Origin: Carpediemonas membranifera BICM
Taxonomy: Eukaryota > Protista > Fornicata
DNA length: 64,000 nt
NCBI GenBank assembly: GCA_019828565.1
Contig: JAHDYR010000015.1
Location: 485,605-549,604, forward strand
Reading direction: 5' to 3'
The number at the start of each line of letters is the position of its first letter. Positions within the stretch are counted from its first letter, which is position 1. The position numbers and the translations under genes were made by a program. Shown piece by piece: positions 47,773-59,377 of this stretch. Below the pieces are notes generated by a model. That model saw only the letters and a program-made list of their open reading frames with translations. It was not told the DNA's origin and did not search any database.

Positions 47773-49905
47773 ATGCTTGCTCCTGACGATTCTGGTATGT
47801 CACTTTCATTTTCACGGTCCTATTTACACAGATGATTCATTCCGTGCATACGACGCCCTTTCGTCCACAAAGAGCCGTATAACCTGGCTGCAAGATCACG
47901 GCATCGTCTCTGATGACCCTCTGTTCTTCGTTTGCGTCCGTCTGATCAGCATTCGTACGATCAACGTTGTTTTCGGGTTCCCGTTGAAGCGCACTTTAAG
48001 CCAGCACGTTCACGACTATGGAGTTGCCAAACTACGCGCGATATGTGACGCAACTAACCGCAACTACCTCTGCGAGGTCGACTTTGACTCTCCCGACACA
48101 ATTGAGGCATTCCGACGGAAGTTTTGTGACCACTTCACCGCCAAATCTGTTCATAAGGCTCTAGTCGGCGTCGACTCGCTCCCTGTTGAGAAGCAGGTTG
48201 AGATTTACCGCGCATTCCACCTTGTGTTGCGCCACAAGGACTCGAAGAAACTCGATTCTCGTGTTCCGGCAGGCCAATTTGGCCAGTTTATCGCCCACGC
48301 CCAGCTCAGCAAGAAGCTGTCCTTCGCTGGCTCAGAGAAGCTGGCCGAGGAGTTGGCTAAGATCGGTTCGCTCGATCCGTCAGCTCCTCTGAAGAGGAAG
48401 ATCGCTCGTCTTGAGAAGGAGCTCGCCTCATCGACTGCTGCTCTGATGAAGGTCCAAGAGGAGTTAGTCCGGGCCCAGGACCACTCAGCAGCAGCCACCA
48501 AGCCTTCTGCCGTCGTTGCTGCCCCTCAGCCGCTTCCGGTTGTCGACGCAGAGTCCACGACACACGATGAATTTTCCGACACTGACGAGTCCGAGTCTGA
48601 TGACCACTCTGAACCGGCCGCCATGCAGGGTGACGGCGTTCCTTTGCCCCAGACTGATCAAGACATCGACGTAGAGTCTGATGTGGACGACACAGACACC
48701 GTTGGTTCTCTCCTTCAGCAGCTAGACGACACCATTGCAGGCCTTGATGATGTCCCTGAGTCTGTGCGCTTGTTGGAGCAGTACGAGCCCCTTGATAAAA
48801 CGGCTTGCTGAGGAGAGGGAGGCGAGGGAGGCGCTTGAACAGGCTAACAGAGAGTCTGAGGAGTCCCAGAAGAGACTTGAAGCTGAGTTAGGTCAGCAGA
48901 AGGCCGAGGATCAGGCGATCCATCAGTTTACTCAAGCAGAGTTGGCACGCGCGAGTGAGGCTGGGCTTGAAGCGCTCGCCGATGAACTCGAGGACAACTG
49001 GGCTGAGCTTGTCAGGCGCGCCGAGGAGGCAACAGTGGAGCTTGACCGCTACGTTCCTCTCGCTGCCTTGATGGTACTGTTCCAGAGGAACAATGTGACT
49101 GGAGCCTTATGGACTCGGATCAATAGCACCATGATGAGGTACGGGGGCCAGAAGTTCATAACGGTCCCACCTCTCGACCTCGGTCTGTCGCCAGAGATGA
49201 AGGCTATCATCAAACAGCACTCTCCGACGCCTGCCAATGTTCCCCCCTATGCAGATATACTTACGGAGCGACGTTGATAGGCAGAAGTACATCGACGTGG
49301 AGTACGACAAGGTAGGCGAGCGAGTTCTCAAAGATCGTAAGAGTTGGCGGAAGATTGCAGTCAACCCGGATGGATTGTGCATCGGCTACTGCCTGCAGAA
49401 GGTTGAGAATGGCGAGTTCGACAAGAAGTTTGCGGCAGAGGAAGTGGCAGCAGTGAGGGAGGAGGTGCGCGCCTGGGGATTCTCCGATGCTGGCGAGAGG
49501 CTGAGGCTTGAGACGTCTAACGTGTTCGTGCCCACCCTGATGTTCGACGATGCCACTGATTGGTACAGCAACTTTGGTGTCATGGCCTGGTCAGCTCTGA
49601 AGAGCAAGACTGTAGTCGTTATCTGGGTCAAGATGCTGACGTACCATGACAAGTATATTGTGCGGATGCATTTGACGGAAGTTTATGAGTCCGGCATGGT
49701 CCGGCGTGGATCTGATGAAGATGTGGCTGCGGCGCAAGCTATTGTGGTCGTCAAGGATGAGCATGCGACGCTATTTGTCCGCAAACGTTCAAAGGGTGGT
49801 AAGAGAAAGGCTCATACGACTTATATCAAGCGCAAGGCAGTCGATAAGGATCGCGAAAAGAGAGTTGTTGATGCCGAGGACGTTAAGCGTGGAGTTCCCG
49901 AGTAA
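47773..49905 (+). CDS. Cargo protein (~700 aa): coiled coil/acidic region plus an OTU-like cysteine protease (intron 47795-47831, two homopolymer frameshifts)
   Basis: ATG 47773 splices in frame. C-terminal VNPDGLC...W....VMAWSAL...KDEHA fits the OTU D-G-x-C..W..H pattern. Confidence 0.6.
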
Positions 49906-49932
49906 AAAAAGAGATGTTTTGACATTTTTAAT

Positions 49933-50742
49933 TCATTTCTTCCGCTTCTTGAGTGCCGGATACTGCTCCAGGAACCTTGTGAGATAGTTTGGATGAGAAA
50001 TGGGCAGACTCGGGAACCTAGCAATGGTTAAGACCTCACCCGCATCAAAGAAGATCTCGCCGTAACTGATACGAAGAAACTCTTCGGCCTGAATGACGTT
50101 CGTCGACTCAACCGCAAGGACTGGAAGGTCCTTGAGCAAACGGTTGGTGAACTGGCAGTTGGTGTCACTCTCACTGTGGTTGATGAGGTGTACACCAATG
50201 CCTTCACCTTCGCCGGCGTCGACGTGAATGTTGCTAGCGTCGAATGAAATGCTGTGTAAAGGCATAATGAACAATGAACAAACACCATGTTGCTGTTATT
50301 CGCGTGGTAGTCCTCGTCGGACACAATCCTACCGGCGTAAATGCCGAGGAGCTTTCCGGGCTCAATTGCGGCAGTTGCAATGAGGCCTCTACCCACGTCC
50401 GTGTGGTCGGGGAGCCAGACAAGGCTGCACCTCAACGGCAATGGAGGGGTGGGTCAGCCGGGTGGATAACCAACTCGGGGGTTCGAGGGGAGGAAGGTCC
50501 TTCTCGGCCTCCTTAAGCTCCCTGATCGACTCCTCGGGAGTGTTTGGGTAGATCGCGGCGACCAGATCCGGATGCAGTGCCTGAGTATGCACAACGGATT
50601 CAATGATGGAATCTTCGCTTGAGGAATCCTCCTGAGAATCATTTGAAGGCGCAGACGGCGGCGTCTTGCCCGCAGTGGACGTAATGGGTATTCTGATACC
50701 CCCAGGCTGCGGCTTTGGTGGGAGCGCCTTTCTTCTCGCCAT
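49933..50742 (-). CDS. SET-domain methyltransferase-like cargo (intron 50252-50283, one frameshift near 50410)
   Basis: GRGLIATAAIEPGKLLGIYAG, VDA, LINHS..N, EEFLRISYG are the canonical SET motifs. Confidence 0.85.
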
Positions 50743-50854
50743 CTGATTTTTTTTGCAAACGGACACGCGGTATTTCTCGGGATTGATGGGGCCGTCTCAC
50801 ACCGTAAAGGACACACATACAATATCTTATCTGTAACACCAGAATGCTTGCTTA

Positions 50855-51949
50855 TTGTGGTCCATATCCTTCCCTGCTGGTTCGGCCAACTACCAGTGTT
50901 GGAAAAAAAGTGGTAGTTGCCAAATGGAGAGGAAATTTGGCAAATTCGGTACCAGACGCATCAGCGACCATCCTCTCACGTATGAATGCGTCTGTGGAAT
51001 CACTAGGCCGCGTTCTGACCTTCGCAACCAGGGCCTGAAGGAATATGACGGAATCAGGTACACGCATGACTGCCCCTTCACCCTGAGCAAGCTTGTGAAC
51101 CGCCGCATCGTTATCCTGCTCGAGCCAGTCCATGGCTTCGAAGCACCTACTTGTGCGAACCCGGTCTTCACTGTCACCGGGCTTGCTGGCTCCGAGGGGT
51201 ACCACAAGCGCATGAAGGCCATCCTCGATCTCGTCAGCGACGAGTGGCTCACCACGGTTGCCGTCAGTTTCGTCTCGACGACCCACCTCGGCTCCATACT
51301 GCAACAGTTGGCTGCAGAATTCGCCAATTTCGAGACATTCTGGGTTGTTTCTGGCCACAGCGAGACCACAACGTCGAGAATGATCGTTAATGCGAGCGCT
51401 AACGAGTTCCTGTACCTTCACGATATCGTACAGATGATCCTCTTCGCTTTCCGTGAGCCATCCCTCGTCACCACCAGCCGGGTTCGGCTCATCTACTTCG
51501 CCACCTGTACCGGAGCGGACAATAGCGAGTTCTCTCTGCTTAAGCAGTCCATTTCGACCCAGGCATACGAGCATACGTGCATCATTCTCACTCCGGAGAA
51601 AATGCTTGCCAACGAACTCGTCCTGCAGGACTGCTTTTGGCTCTACCGCACTACATGCATGGACAACCCGCTCCACTTCGTCTCGCGTTACTTCTCCGGC
51701 TATGGGCTCGCACCTGGCACAGCAGGGAGACGGGTTATCGCGAATGGATCAATGTCCATAACCCCGGGCGCGATTGAGATCCTCACAGCCACTCAGTTCC
51801 GCACGCCAATCCCTCTTCCCGAGATGGTCGACCTTGTTTCTGAGGTACTTGCATATAGACCACTGCATAGATCTCCGGCGGATGTTATGGCCTCGCGCTA
51901 CATTACTGAGATGACAGTTGCGCACAGAGCGGCACTGGAAGACACTTAA
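50855..51949 (+). CDS. Cargo protein with an N-terminal Cys/His cluster and a possible clan CD (caspase/CHAT-like) peptidase
   Basis: 364-aa ORF. FWVVSGHS and LIYFATC resemble the strand-His and strand-Cys dyad motifs. Confidence 0.45.
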   Translation: MWSISFPAGSANYQCWKKSGSCQMERKFGKFGTRRISDHPLTYECVCGITRPRSDLRNQGLKEYDGIRYTHDCPFTLSKLVNRRIVILLEPVHGFEAPTCANPVFTVTGLAGSEGYHKRMKAILDLVSDEWLTTVAVSFVSTTHLGSILQQLAAEFANFETFWVVSGHSETTTSRMIVNASANEFLYLHDIVQMILFAFREPSLVTTSRVRLIYFATCTGADNSEFSLLKQSISTQAYEHTCIILTPEKMLANELVLQDCFWLYRTTCMDNPLHFVSRYFSGYGLAPGTAGRRVIANGSMSITPGAIEILTATQFRTPIPLPEMVDLVSEVLAYRPLHRSPADVMASRYITEMTVAHRAALEDT

Positions 51950-51972
51950 AGTTCAAAATCTCCCTATTTAAC

Positions 51973-53194
51973 TTACTCAATTGGCTTCATATCCGCCACC
52001 TTCTGGTAGACAGTCATACACTGGTCGCAGAACCTGACACGATAGTCCTGGCCGTCGAGATGGAACTCAGCATAGCTGAAGTGTTTCTCTTCGCAGAACC
52101 AGTTTAGGCACGCCCGGCAGACGCCAGTGTCCTTTGTCGACTTGTCTCCGTCCTTGATACACGCGTGACATCTGTTAGACCTTCCTGCCAGACTGCAAGC
52201 TGCGCAAACCTTTCTGTTCTTACCATCAATCCTCTTCTCTCTGACACACTGAAGATGCATGAACTGATGGCAGAGATAGCACGTTTCATACTCGTTTCTT
52301 TTTCATGTTTGGGTTGAAGTACCATTCAGGTGAGGCACAAACAGCGCATGCGAACAGTAACTTACGCTGATATAGCTTCAGAAACGTCGCTTGCTTGAGG
52401 GCGGGGACCTTATCGTTCATTTCAACGGCCTTGGGTGACTGCTTGAGGAGATCAGTGACAGTTGTGGAGAGTGAAGCCGTCACCATCGCGGCAACCTCCT
52501 TCAAGTCAGCCTCTTCGAGCCTCGATCGCTTCTGAGCAGGCTCATGCATCTGCGCATCAAAATTAAGCTTCTTGACGGGGGAATCAGGCTTGATGGTAGC
52601 CAAGTCAGCTCTTTTTCTGAGCTTTGGTACCAATGTTGTCACTGGAGTCTTTGTGGGTGTCTCTGCGGGTGTTTCTGCTGGGGTACGTGGCTCAGGCTGG
52701 AGCTTGCGATGCTTGATCCTGATTACAACGGCTGGAGGCCATTGAATGCCGGTGCAAGTGATCAGACTGGAGACATCGTGGAGTCCAAGTCCCCGAAACA
52801 GCACAGACATCCTGTTTCTAAACTCCTGCAAGTGTTCAGCTGCATTTGCTCTGTCTCTGACAACCAGGTAGGGTATCTTTGTGCCAATGAGCTCTGTGCC
52901 ACCCTTTCTACTTGCCACAAATGCCTGAATGGGCTCAGTAGTCGTGCGCCTGACGGAGTTTGCAATAGCAATCTTGCGAAAGCCGTTGCAGAGGCCCGAT
53001 ATCACATCCTGCATGCCAAGGAGAGCGCGATGAACGTCAGAGGTCGTCAGACCGATAGTTGGGATGTCCGCGACGTCGAAAAAGCATTCCAGGAAGCTAG
53101 TCACGAACAGCCGGCGGTACTCTGTTCTCTTATCCGATCCGCAAGACGTGCCCTGCGAAATCTCAGCTTTCTTCGCAGTTTCACTGGTCGTCAT
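51973..53194 (-). CDS. PHD-finger cargo protein (~406 aa; one frameshift near 52300)
   Basis: The joined frame reads CAVC..ETCYLCHQFMHLQC..VCAAC (C4HC3). A second cluster follows: CHAC..CRAC..C..H..CDQC. Confidence 0.75.
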
Positions 53195-53668
53195 ATTCTC
53201 ATCTTAAACTGCGCAGGTGTTGACGACAATGTTACGGTTATCCACGAACGAAAGGCTTAATCATATGACCAGTTGCATCCATGAAGTCGGCAAGATACAA
53301 GATTCTGTTCGAGAAATACGAAATCACATCACTGGGCTGAATTGCGAGGGGTTGGTGAATGAGAGGCTGAATGACACACAACACGTTCTGGAAGAGATAG
53401 GAGATATGTTTATAGATGTAATACAGCAACTTAAAGACCACTAGCACGTTATTATCACTTTGAATAAGCAATGAATGGTTATGCAACATCAGCACCTACC
53501 TACGAATCACAAGAATGCCCCTAGCACGTCGTATGCAAGCAAAAATGAGACTTACCCGTACCTTCCGCACGTTTCTCTACGTTTCACAAACGTTGGTGAA
53601 ACGTGTGAAATAGTGAAAAAGATACGGGTGAATCTCATTTTTTCTTGCAGTTTCTTGTGCAAAAGGGT

Positions 53669-53717
53669 GTTTATCCTCCGTATATCCCCGGATTAACTGG
53701 CCATTCTAACAGTATGT
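53669..53717 (-). repeat. Right TIR (49 bp)
   Basis: Exact reverse complement of 12061-12109. Confidence 0.95.
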
Positions 53718-55341
53718 CTACTGGAGGGCACCAGAGAGGGAGCCCCTAAACCAGCGCTACTGGATTATGGCATGGAAACGATCAGGAGGGGGTGGATGAA
53801 GCGGTGCAAAAGCCGTACGGCACTAGGACTAATGGAAATCATGGGGACAAGGAAATTAAGCAAGTGTCTGCAAGGTAAGCCTACGGTAGACCGAAAGGCT
53901 GGGAAGGGGCAAAGCAGGGCGGAATGGAAGAGAATTGTATCCATTGCAGCCAATGTCAGCCCATCCCCATCGTCGGCAGAGAGAGGGGAGGGCCCTATGA
54001 GAGCCATCACAGAGCTGGCCCAAGGCGCTGACCTGAAGAGAGAAATTAGCAGACTATGCCCCCTATGCTCGGAGGAGTCGGAGGTGAGCCTGTTCTACAG
54101 GATCATTAGGGAAAAGCCAGGACCAGCAAGGAAGCAGGAAATGATCAGGGGAGTGGGCAGAGGGCCAGAGGCTAGGATCGGCAGCGCACATAATCTGTGA
54201 ATGCCCGGCAGTAGACAGGGGAGAAGCTTGGACAAAGCTGTGGACAGCAGCGAAGCACAAAACTAAGGACTTGGAAGTAAGGCAGGGCCCCCAGGGCGAA
54301 TGGTACCAGGAAAGACCCATCCTAGAATTACAGCAACTAATAATATGGGGCTCGGAGGACATTTGGGAAGGCCTCACGGCAGGACTACGGGAACTGGCAA
54401 AGGTTTACAACAGCTTCAAGGTGGAATAGAAGCATGTCATGAACCCCTGACTCCAGGACCGGGAAGGGATGGACAAGGAATCAGCCATGGACCACCCTCG
54501 CTGGGTGCTAAGCTCCTGGGATCAGTGAGGAAAGGCCCCACGTATCCCGGTAGCCAGGAACCAAAGCAAGGGAAGGAACGACTGCAAGGAAAGAACAGGA
54601 AGGACAGACCAGAAATAAGAAAGAAAGGACATGCGACAAGGACAGAGCAAGGATAAGGTCAAGGAAATCCATATTCATATGGTTACACCACTCGTTGGGA
54701 CCCCAAGGAAACTGCAGGGACTGGCCACGGGGGTCGGAGGGGCACAGGTGCCCCTGCCGCCCTTGTTAACGACATGGGAAACCAAGGACATGTAGTGCAA
54801 GCGAAATGTTGTAAGGGGGTAACAGGACAACCAGGCCTAGTGCCTGGGGGTACACCACCATGCCCTGACCCACGCCACCTAACCGGGGTAGACAGCATGG
54901 ACTTAGTCACTTTCCCCGCCTTCGGGTAGGCTTCTTAACAGAGTCGAGGGGGCATGGAATTGGGGAACCGGACAGACGAGAGGGTGCCGTGGCTGAACGG
55001 CTCTACAAGGACTGCAGGGAAGCAAGGAGTGTCATAGTCAAGGTTCTGCAGGACGATCCTGCCTGTCAATGCCCCGAGGACAGACCCCCAGGCTCCCCGG
55101 ATAGTTGCCGGACTTTCAGGGAGACAGGAAAGCATATTTGCACGGAGATGGCCGCAGGGCCTCTGGGGCGATTGGAATCGGCTTTCCGCGGAGACAGTAG
55201 CACCGAAAGCCCAAGGCAAACGCTGCTGACCAGTTTGCCACGGGAAATAGGCAGTACCCCGGGGCACTCAGTTCCAAGACAACGGGAAACAAGCTCAGTC
55301 CGGGGTCAGAATCCAAGCACCATAAATTTCTTTCTTTCTTT
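53718..55341 (+). mobile_element. Non-LTR family 1, copy C (3' fragment with tail)
   Basis: Reverse complement of ~36120-37741, with the same 3' junction as copy B. Confidence 0.92.
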
Positions 55342-55549
55342 GCTCCAGCTGACTGACACCTCAGCCACCTATGGTGTGGTGGACGTTCTAGAACATTTCG
55401 AACTCTATTCGAGTAACCATCTGCGGGAGTCATTCGTCCTACTCATCCAGTTCGCTGGCTACCCGTTGCCGTCGCTGACCTTCCTGACAAAGGATCTTTG
55501 TAACACCGTACCTGTTACCCTCTATTTCAACGATCATAATTTGTGGCGT

Positions 55550-56630
55550 TGAGTTGAGTTGTTGACAAGGCTGCCCTGACCCTCAAGGCCATCGCCGACT
55601 TCAGCGAGGATGTCGGTGCGGAGGGTGTTGGCCCGGCCCTGTCGATGATCAAGTTCTGTGTCCTCCCCAAGATTGCACACTTGATGCGTAATGTCGATCC
55701 CACCCCCGAGGTGCTCACTCCCGCAGAGACCTTCTGCCAGTCCACCCTATCCGACGTCGTTGGGAAGGTGCTTGGCCGCACCCTGTCGCCAGACATCAGT
55801 CAGGCCTTGGGGCTGCCGGCAAAGCATGGTGGCCTGGCTTCGCGATGCCCACTATCGTCTGGCCGTGTGCCAGGATTGGTGCCCTGCGCCAACTTGCACG
55901 GTACGGGGAGAAGCATGGCCTTCCTGCCACCCTTTCCACGATCAGCGAAGGTTTCCAGCACCTCACAACTGGTTGGCCAGTCACCGAAGCCCAGCTGCTG
56001 GCCCTGCCTGAGAAGACACAGGCACACTTGTTTGACAAGATAACTACCAACATGACCAAGGAAGCTCGTGTCGACACAGCGCAGCCCAGTGTGCTAAGCC
56101 GCGCGCTGACTGCCGACCCCCTTCGCAGTCACGATCACACAACGAGCCTTCCAGGTGTCCCGCTGCAGGCGGCCCTCAGAAAGCACCTCGGGCTTGCTGC
56201 CTTCGTGTCCGCGACTAAGTTCTGTCCAATCTGTGCCCTGAAGTCAGTAACCAATGCGGCATCAGGCCAGTTGAACGTCGGAGCTGACCCCCGCCACGTG
56301 TTGGCCACCCCAGAGCATATGGTGACATGCAAATGCCTTCACGGAGGAGCCAAGACCACCGCCAGGCACGACACGATCGTCGAGAGTCTCTTCTCGGAGC
56401 TCTCAAACAACGGTGTCCCTGCCAGGAAGGAGTTCTGGCCCCGCCACTCCTCCCGTTACACGAAAGACCCCGACACAACGCACAGAGACGCCCGAGTTGA
56501 CGTCTTCGCGTTCAACGACCGCGGCACGAACCCTACGGCCATCGATGTTGTGGTCTCGAACGAGTACCACGACACGGCTCGGAAGAAGCGTGAGCGGTAC
56601 GCCCCGTGGAATGTTGATGTGATAAGGTAA
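55550..56630 (+). pseudogene. CRE-like RLE non-LTR 3' fragment
   Basis: CVLPKIAHLMR, LGLPAKHGGL, CCHC finger, RHD and PD-(D/E)xK-like motifs. Ends at (TAAGG)n. Confidence 0.75.
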
Positions 56631-56874
56631 GGTAAGGTAAGCCACAACAGACATTCTTTGACGCGGTCTCTCGAGGAGACGGTCGGTTTGGGCTCGAAAG
56701 CGTGCCTGCAAGCCATTCCACTATGCTCGTTGCCGGTGGGATATCCCCGTTGGGTAGAGCAAGTATGTCTAGAGGCTAGGACAGCTAGCTGGCGCTTCTC
56801 CGTGAGCACCACTCGAGCCCATTGGCACCCGGGGTGCTGAGACGCCCGAGAGGGCGCACGGAAACGTGCAGTTT

Positions 56875-57447
56875 ATGGCATCAGAATTTCGAATGCCCGA
56901 AGGCACATCGGGCACGTCCGCAGAACCTCCTGTATCCCAGGAAGAGTTCCGAAAGTTTACCAACAACGTAACTGCCACATTGGAGTTCATGAAAACGAAG
57001 ATGGAGAACATCGAGGAAAGATCCATCCAGAGGGAGGTAGAACAAGAAGAGTACGAGCTAGAAACCGATGAGCAAGCAACCCAGGGAACCTTCCAAGGCT
57101 TTCCGTCCTTCTTGTTCGATTTGGAGCTCCCCAAGAGGTACGGGCCCCGCGACGAAGCCAAGTTCCTACGCGAGATCATGCGTCTCCTGACGACCGCGGA
57201 CCCGCACTCACTCGACGTGAACGATCTACTGCTCCGTCTCCTGAGCCGGTTCAAGGTCCTTCTCCTCAAGGACGACTACGACGACAACGTCTGTGACTAC
57301 GCCACTGCAGCCCTGCGAGCCACGCCCCCGAAGTCTGAGATGGAGATCGAGACGATCCTCGCTAAGGCCAAGACTAAGGGCAAGCGTAAGCGTCGGAATT
57401 TTCAGGAGCAGGGCTCCAGCAGCGTCGGCCGCCGGGCCCGCTCCTAA
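56875..57447 (+). CDS. YR element 1 gag-like ORF
   Basis: First ORF after repeat A. Homologous to 60698-61276 (ELPK..EAKFLR..KDDY.D). Confidence 0.75.
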   Translation: MASEFRMPEGTSGTSAEPPVSQEEFRKFTNNVTATLEFMKTKMENIEERSIQREVEQEEYELETDEQATQGTFQGFPSFLFDLELPKRYGPRDEAKFLREIMRLLTTADPHSLDVNDLLLRLLSRFKVLLLKDDYDDNVCDYATAALRATPPKSEMEIETILAKAKTKGKRKRRNFQEQGSSSVGRRARS

Positions 57448-57476
57448 TATTCCCATCAACCCGTTCGCGATGGCGG

Positions 57477-59377
57477 GTGTGGGAACAATTCAGGGTAGCT
57501 CCAGCAGTAGTAGCGCGGGTACGAGACGGAATCCCCGTCGAGATCACAGCGCCTCCACCACCGGCAGCCCCACAGAGGACCATCGACCCGAGGATACTTC
57601 CGAAGCTCGAATCAATGACACAACAAGGAATCATCGAGCCGACGCCCCTCAGTCAGCTCAAGCACAGCGCCCCGCTGTTTGCTGTCCCCAAGGGGGAAGA
57701 CATAAGAGTGATCCACGACCTGAGGCGGCTGAACACGGTCACACGCGAACGCCGCTCCTTCCGTCTGTTCGGCATACGTCGTGCCATCAACACACTCTCC
57801 AGCCAGGCCTGGATGGCCAAGATAGACCTAAGATCCGGCTACTCACAGCTGGCCATCAGAGACTCGGACAAACCGCTCCTGGGCATCGCTCTGCCCGACG
57901 GTCGGGCGTTCCAATACCGCACGCTAGGCTTCGGTTGGACCGCCGCGCCTTATTTCTTCCAGTCCGCTATGGTCCAGGTAGCAAAGGTCATCGCCCTCCG
58001 CCACAAGGTAATCGTCAACGTCTACCTCGACGACTTCTTACTGTCAGCCGACAGCAGAGACCACCTCAGCAAGGAAATACCCAAGATCATCAAGACGATG
58101 GAGGCACTGGGCCTCATCCCGTCGCTGGAGAAGTGCATCTTAACACCGTGCCAGTGCATAGAATTCCTTGGCCTGCTCCTGAACACCACGTCCAACACCA
58201 TCCGTCTCCCCGCCGACAAGGCCAAGAGGTACGCAGAGGCCCTATCAGAAGCACTCGTCAAGAAGCGCATCCGCGCGAAAGACTGGGCGAAGATCGTAGG
58301 CAAGCTCTCCTTCTTCGCCACCTCTGCAAGACGGGCTACCCTGAAGCTCCGCACGCTCCCCTCTGCCACGGAGAACTGGGTCGACATCCACCCCTACACA
58401 GCAGACCTCAAGGAGTGGCTGCAGCTCCTGGCCGTCCGACCAACCCGCTCCTTCGCCGAGTTGAAGAACCTATGGTCTCAGGACCAGCAACTAGAGCTGA
58501 TTATTTCCACAGATGCGTCGGGCACAGGCTGGGGAGCCCAGTGGACCAACACGTCCGCGAACTCCCACGGTTCTTTCAAGGGCGCACTGGCGGAACAATC
58601 TATCAACGTGAAGGAGCTCGCCGCAGTCCTCTTTGGCTCACGCATCATACCAGCACAGGACTCAGAGCGCAATCTCACGGTCTTCTCAGACAACAGCTCG
58701 TGCGTCGCCTGGATCAACAAGGAGGGCAGCTCAAAGGCCCCCCGATGGCGCTACAGACACTCAGGATACTCTACAAGGAGATGGAACGCAAGAAGCTCCT
58801 CATACACGCTCGACACACCCCAGGCCACCTCAATCTCGCCGCAGACCGACTGTCACGCGGGTTGTCCACCCCACCCCACGTGCTGGAGACAATTCTCGAG
58901 ACTTGGGGCCCCGTCGACGTGGACGCTACAGCACACCCAGACCGCACTCTACGCCTCCCAGGGTTTACCATCGAACACTGGCCGGACGGCCTGTTCAGGG
59001 ACTGGCGCGGACACCGCGTTTATGCCGCGCCACACCCGTCCCCGATGACCTTGGGACGGACATGGCAGACCCTCCTACCGATCTTAACGACCCCGACTAC
59101 ATCCCCTCCGAACTCGTGGACCTCAGCATGCTTCCTCGTCGTGCCAGACATTACGAGCCCCGAACTCCAACAACTCAAGGCGCACGCGACATGCAAGATT
59201 CCCTTCTCAGCACCGAAAGACGACTTCGCATCAGAGGACCAACAACTCCTAGACCGTCTCTCCAGGCCAAACGGGACCATCCGCTTCATAGCTCTCGCCT
59301 TCAGGACACGTTCTCCAGAATCCTGCAGCACCCAATACTGTCTCACATGCGCCGAGACGAGTCCAAGCGCTCAGTAG
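57477..59377 (+). CDS. YR element 1 RT-RNase H-methyltransferase-like ORF (frameshift near 58740)
   Basis: IDLRSGY, YLDD, TDAS, KEL, SDN, ADRLSR. MT-like WGPVDVDATA..DGLFRDW..YAAP. Confidence 0.9.

Larger units (their letters stand above)
12061..53717 (+). mobile_element. Large cargo-carrying TIR DNA transposon (~12.1 kb net: 12061-15402 + ~44936-53717)
   Basis: Perfect 49-bp inverted repeats at both ends. A DDE-like transposase lies at the left, and its ORF resumes on the far side of a nested LTR-bounded insertion. Confidence 0.85.

Noticed and set aside
51973-53194. RAG2-like gene (PHD protein convergent with a RAG1-like transposase, as in ProtoRAG)
   Set aside because: No kelch repeats are visible, and the TIR lacks the CAC heptamer/nonamer. 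This is an analogy only.
53217-53444. Small helical ORF near the right TIR (and ORFs at 12369-12638)
   Set aside because: Short, with no motif and insufficient support.
45210-53700. Endogenous virus, Polinton or virophage
   Set aside because: No recognisable pPolB, packaging ATPase, capsid or retroviral-type integrase. The region is bounded by TIRs with a DDE-like transposase.
54989-55552. 187-aa ORF (also 35909-36472)
   Set aside because: It is chimeric, crossing the LINE1 3' UTR/tail junction into flanking DNA.
57293-58740. N-terminal parts of the 694-aa and 525-aa ORFs (and of the 712-aa ORF at 61312)
   Set aside because: These are alternate-frame read-throughs overlapping RT. Only the RH/MT or YR portions carry motifs.
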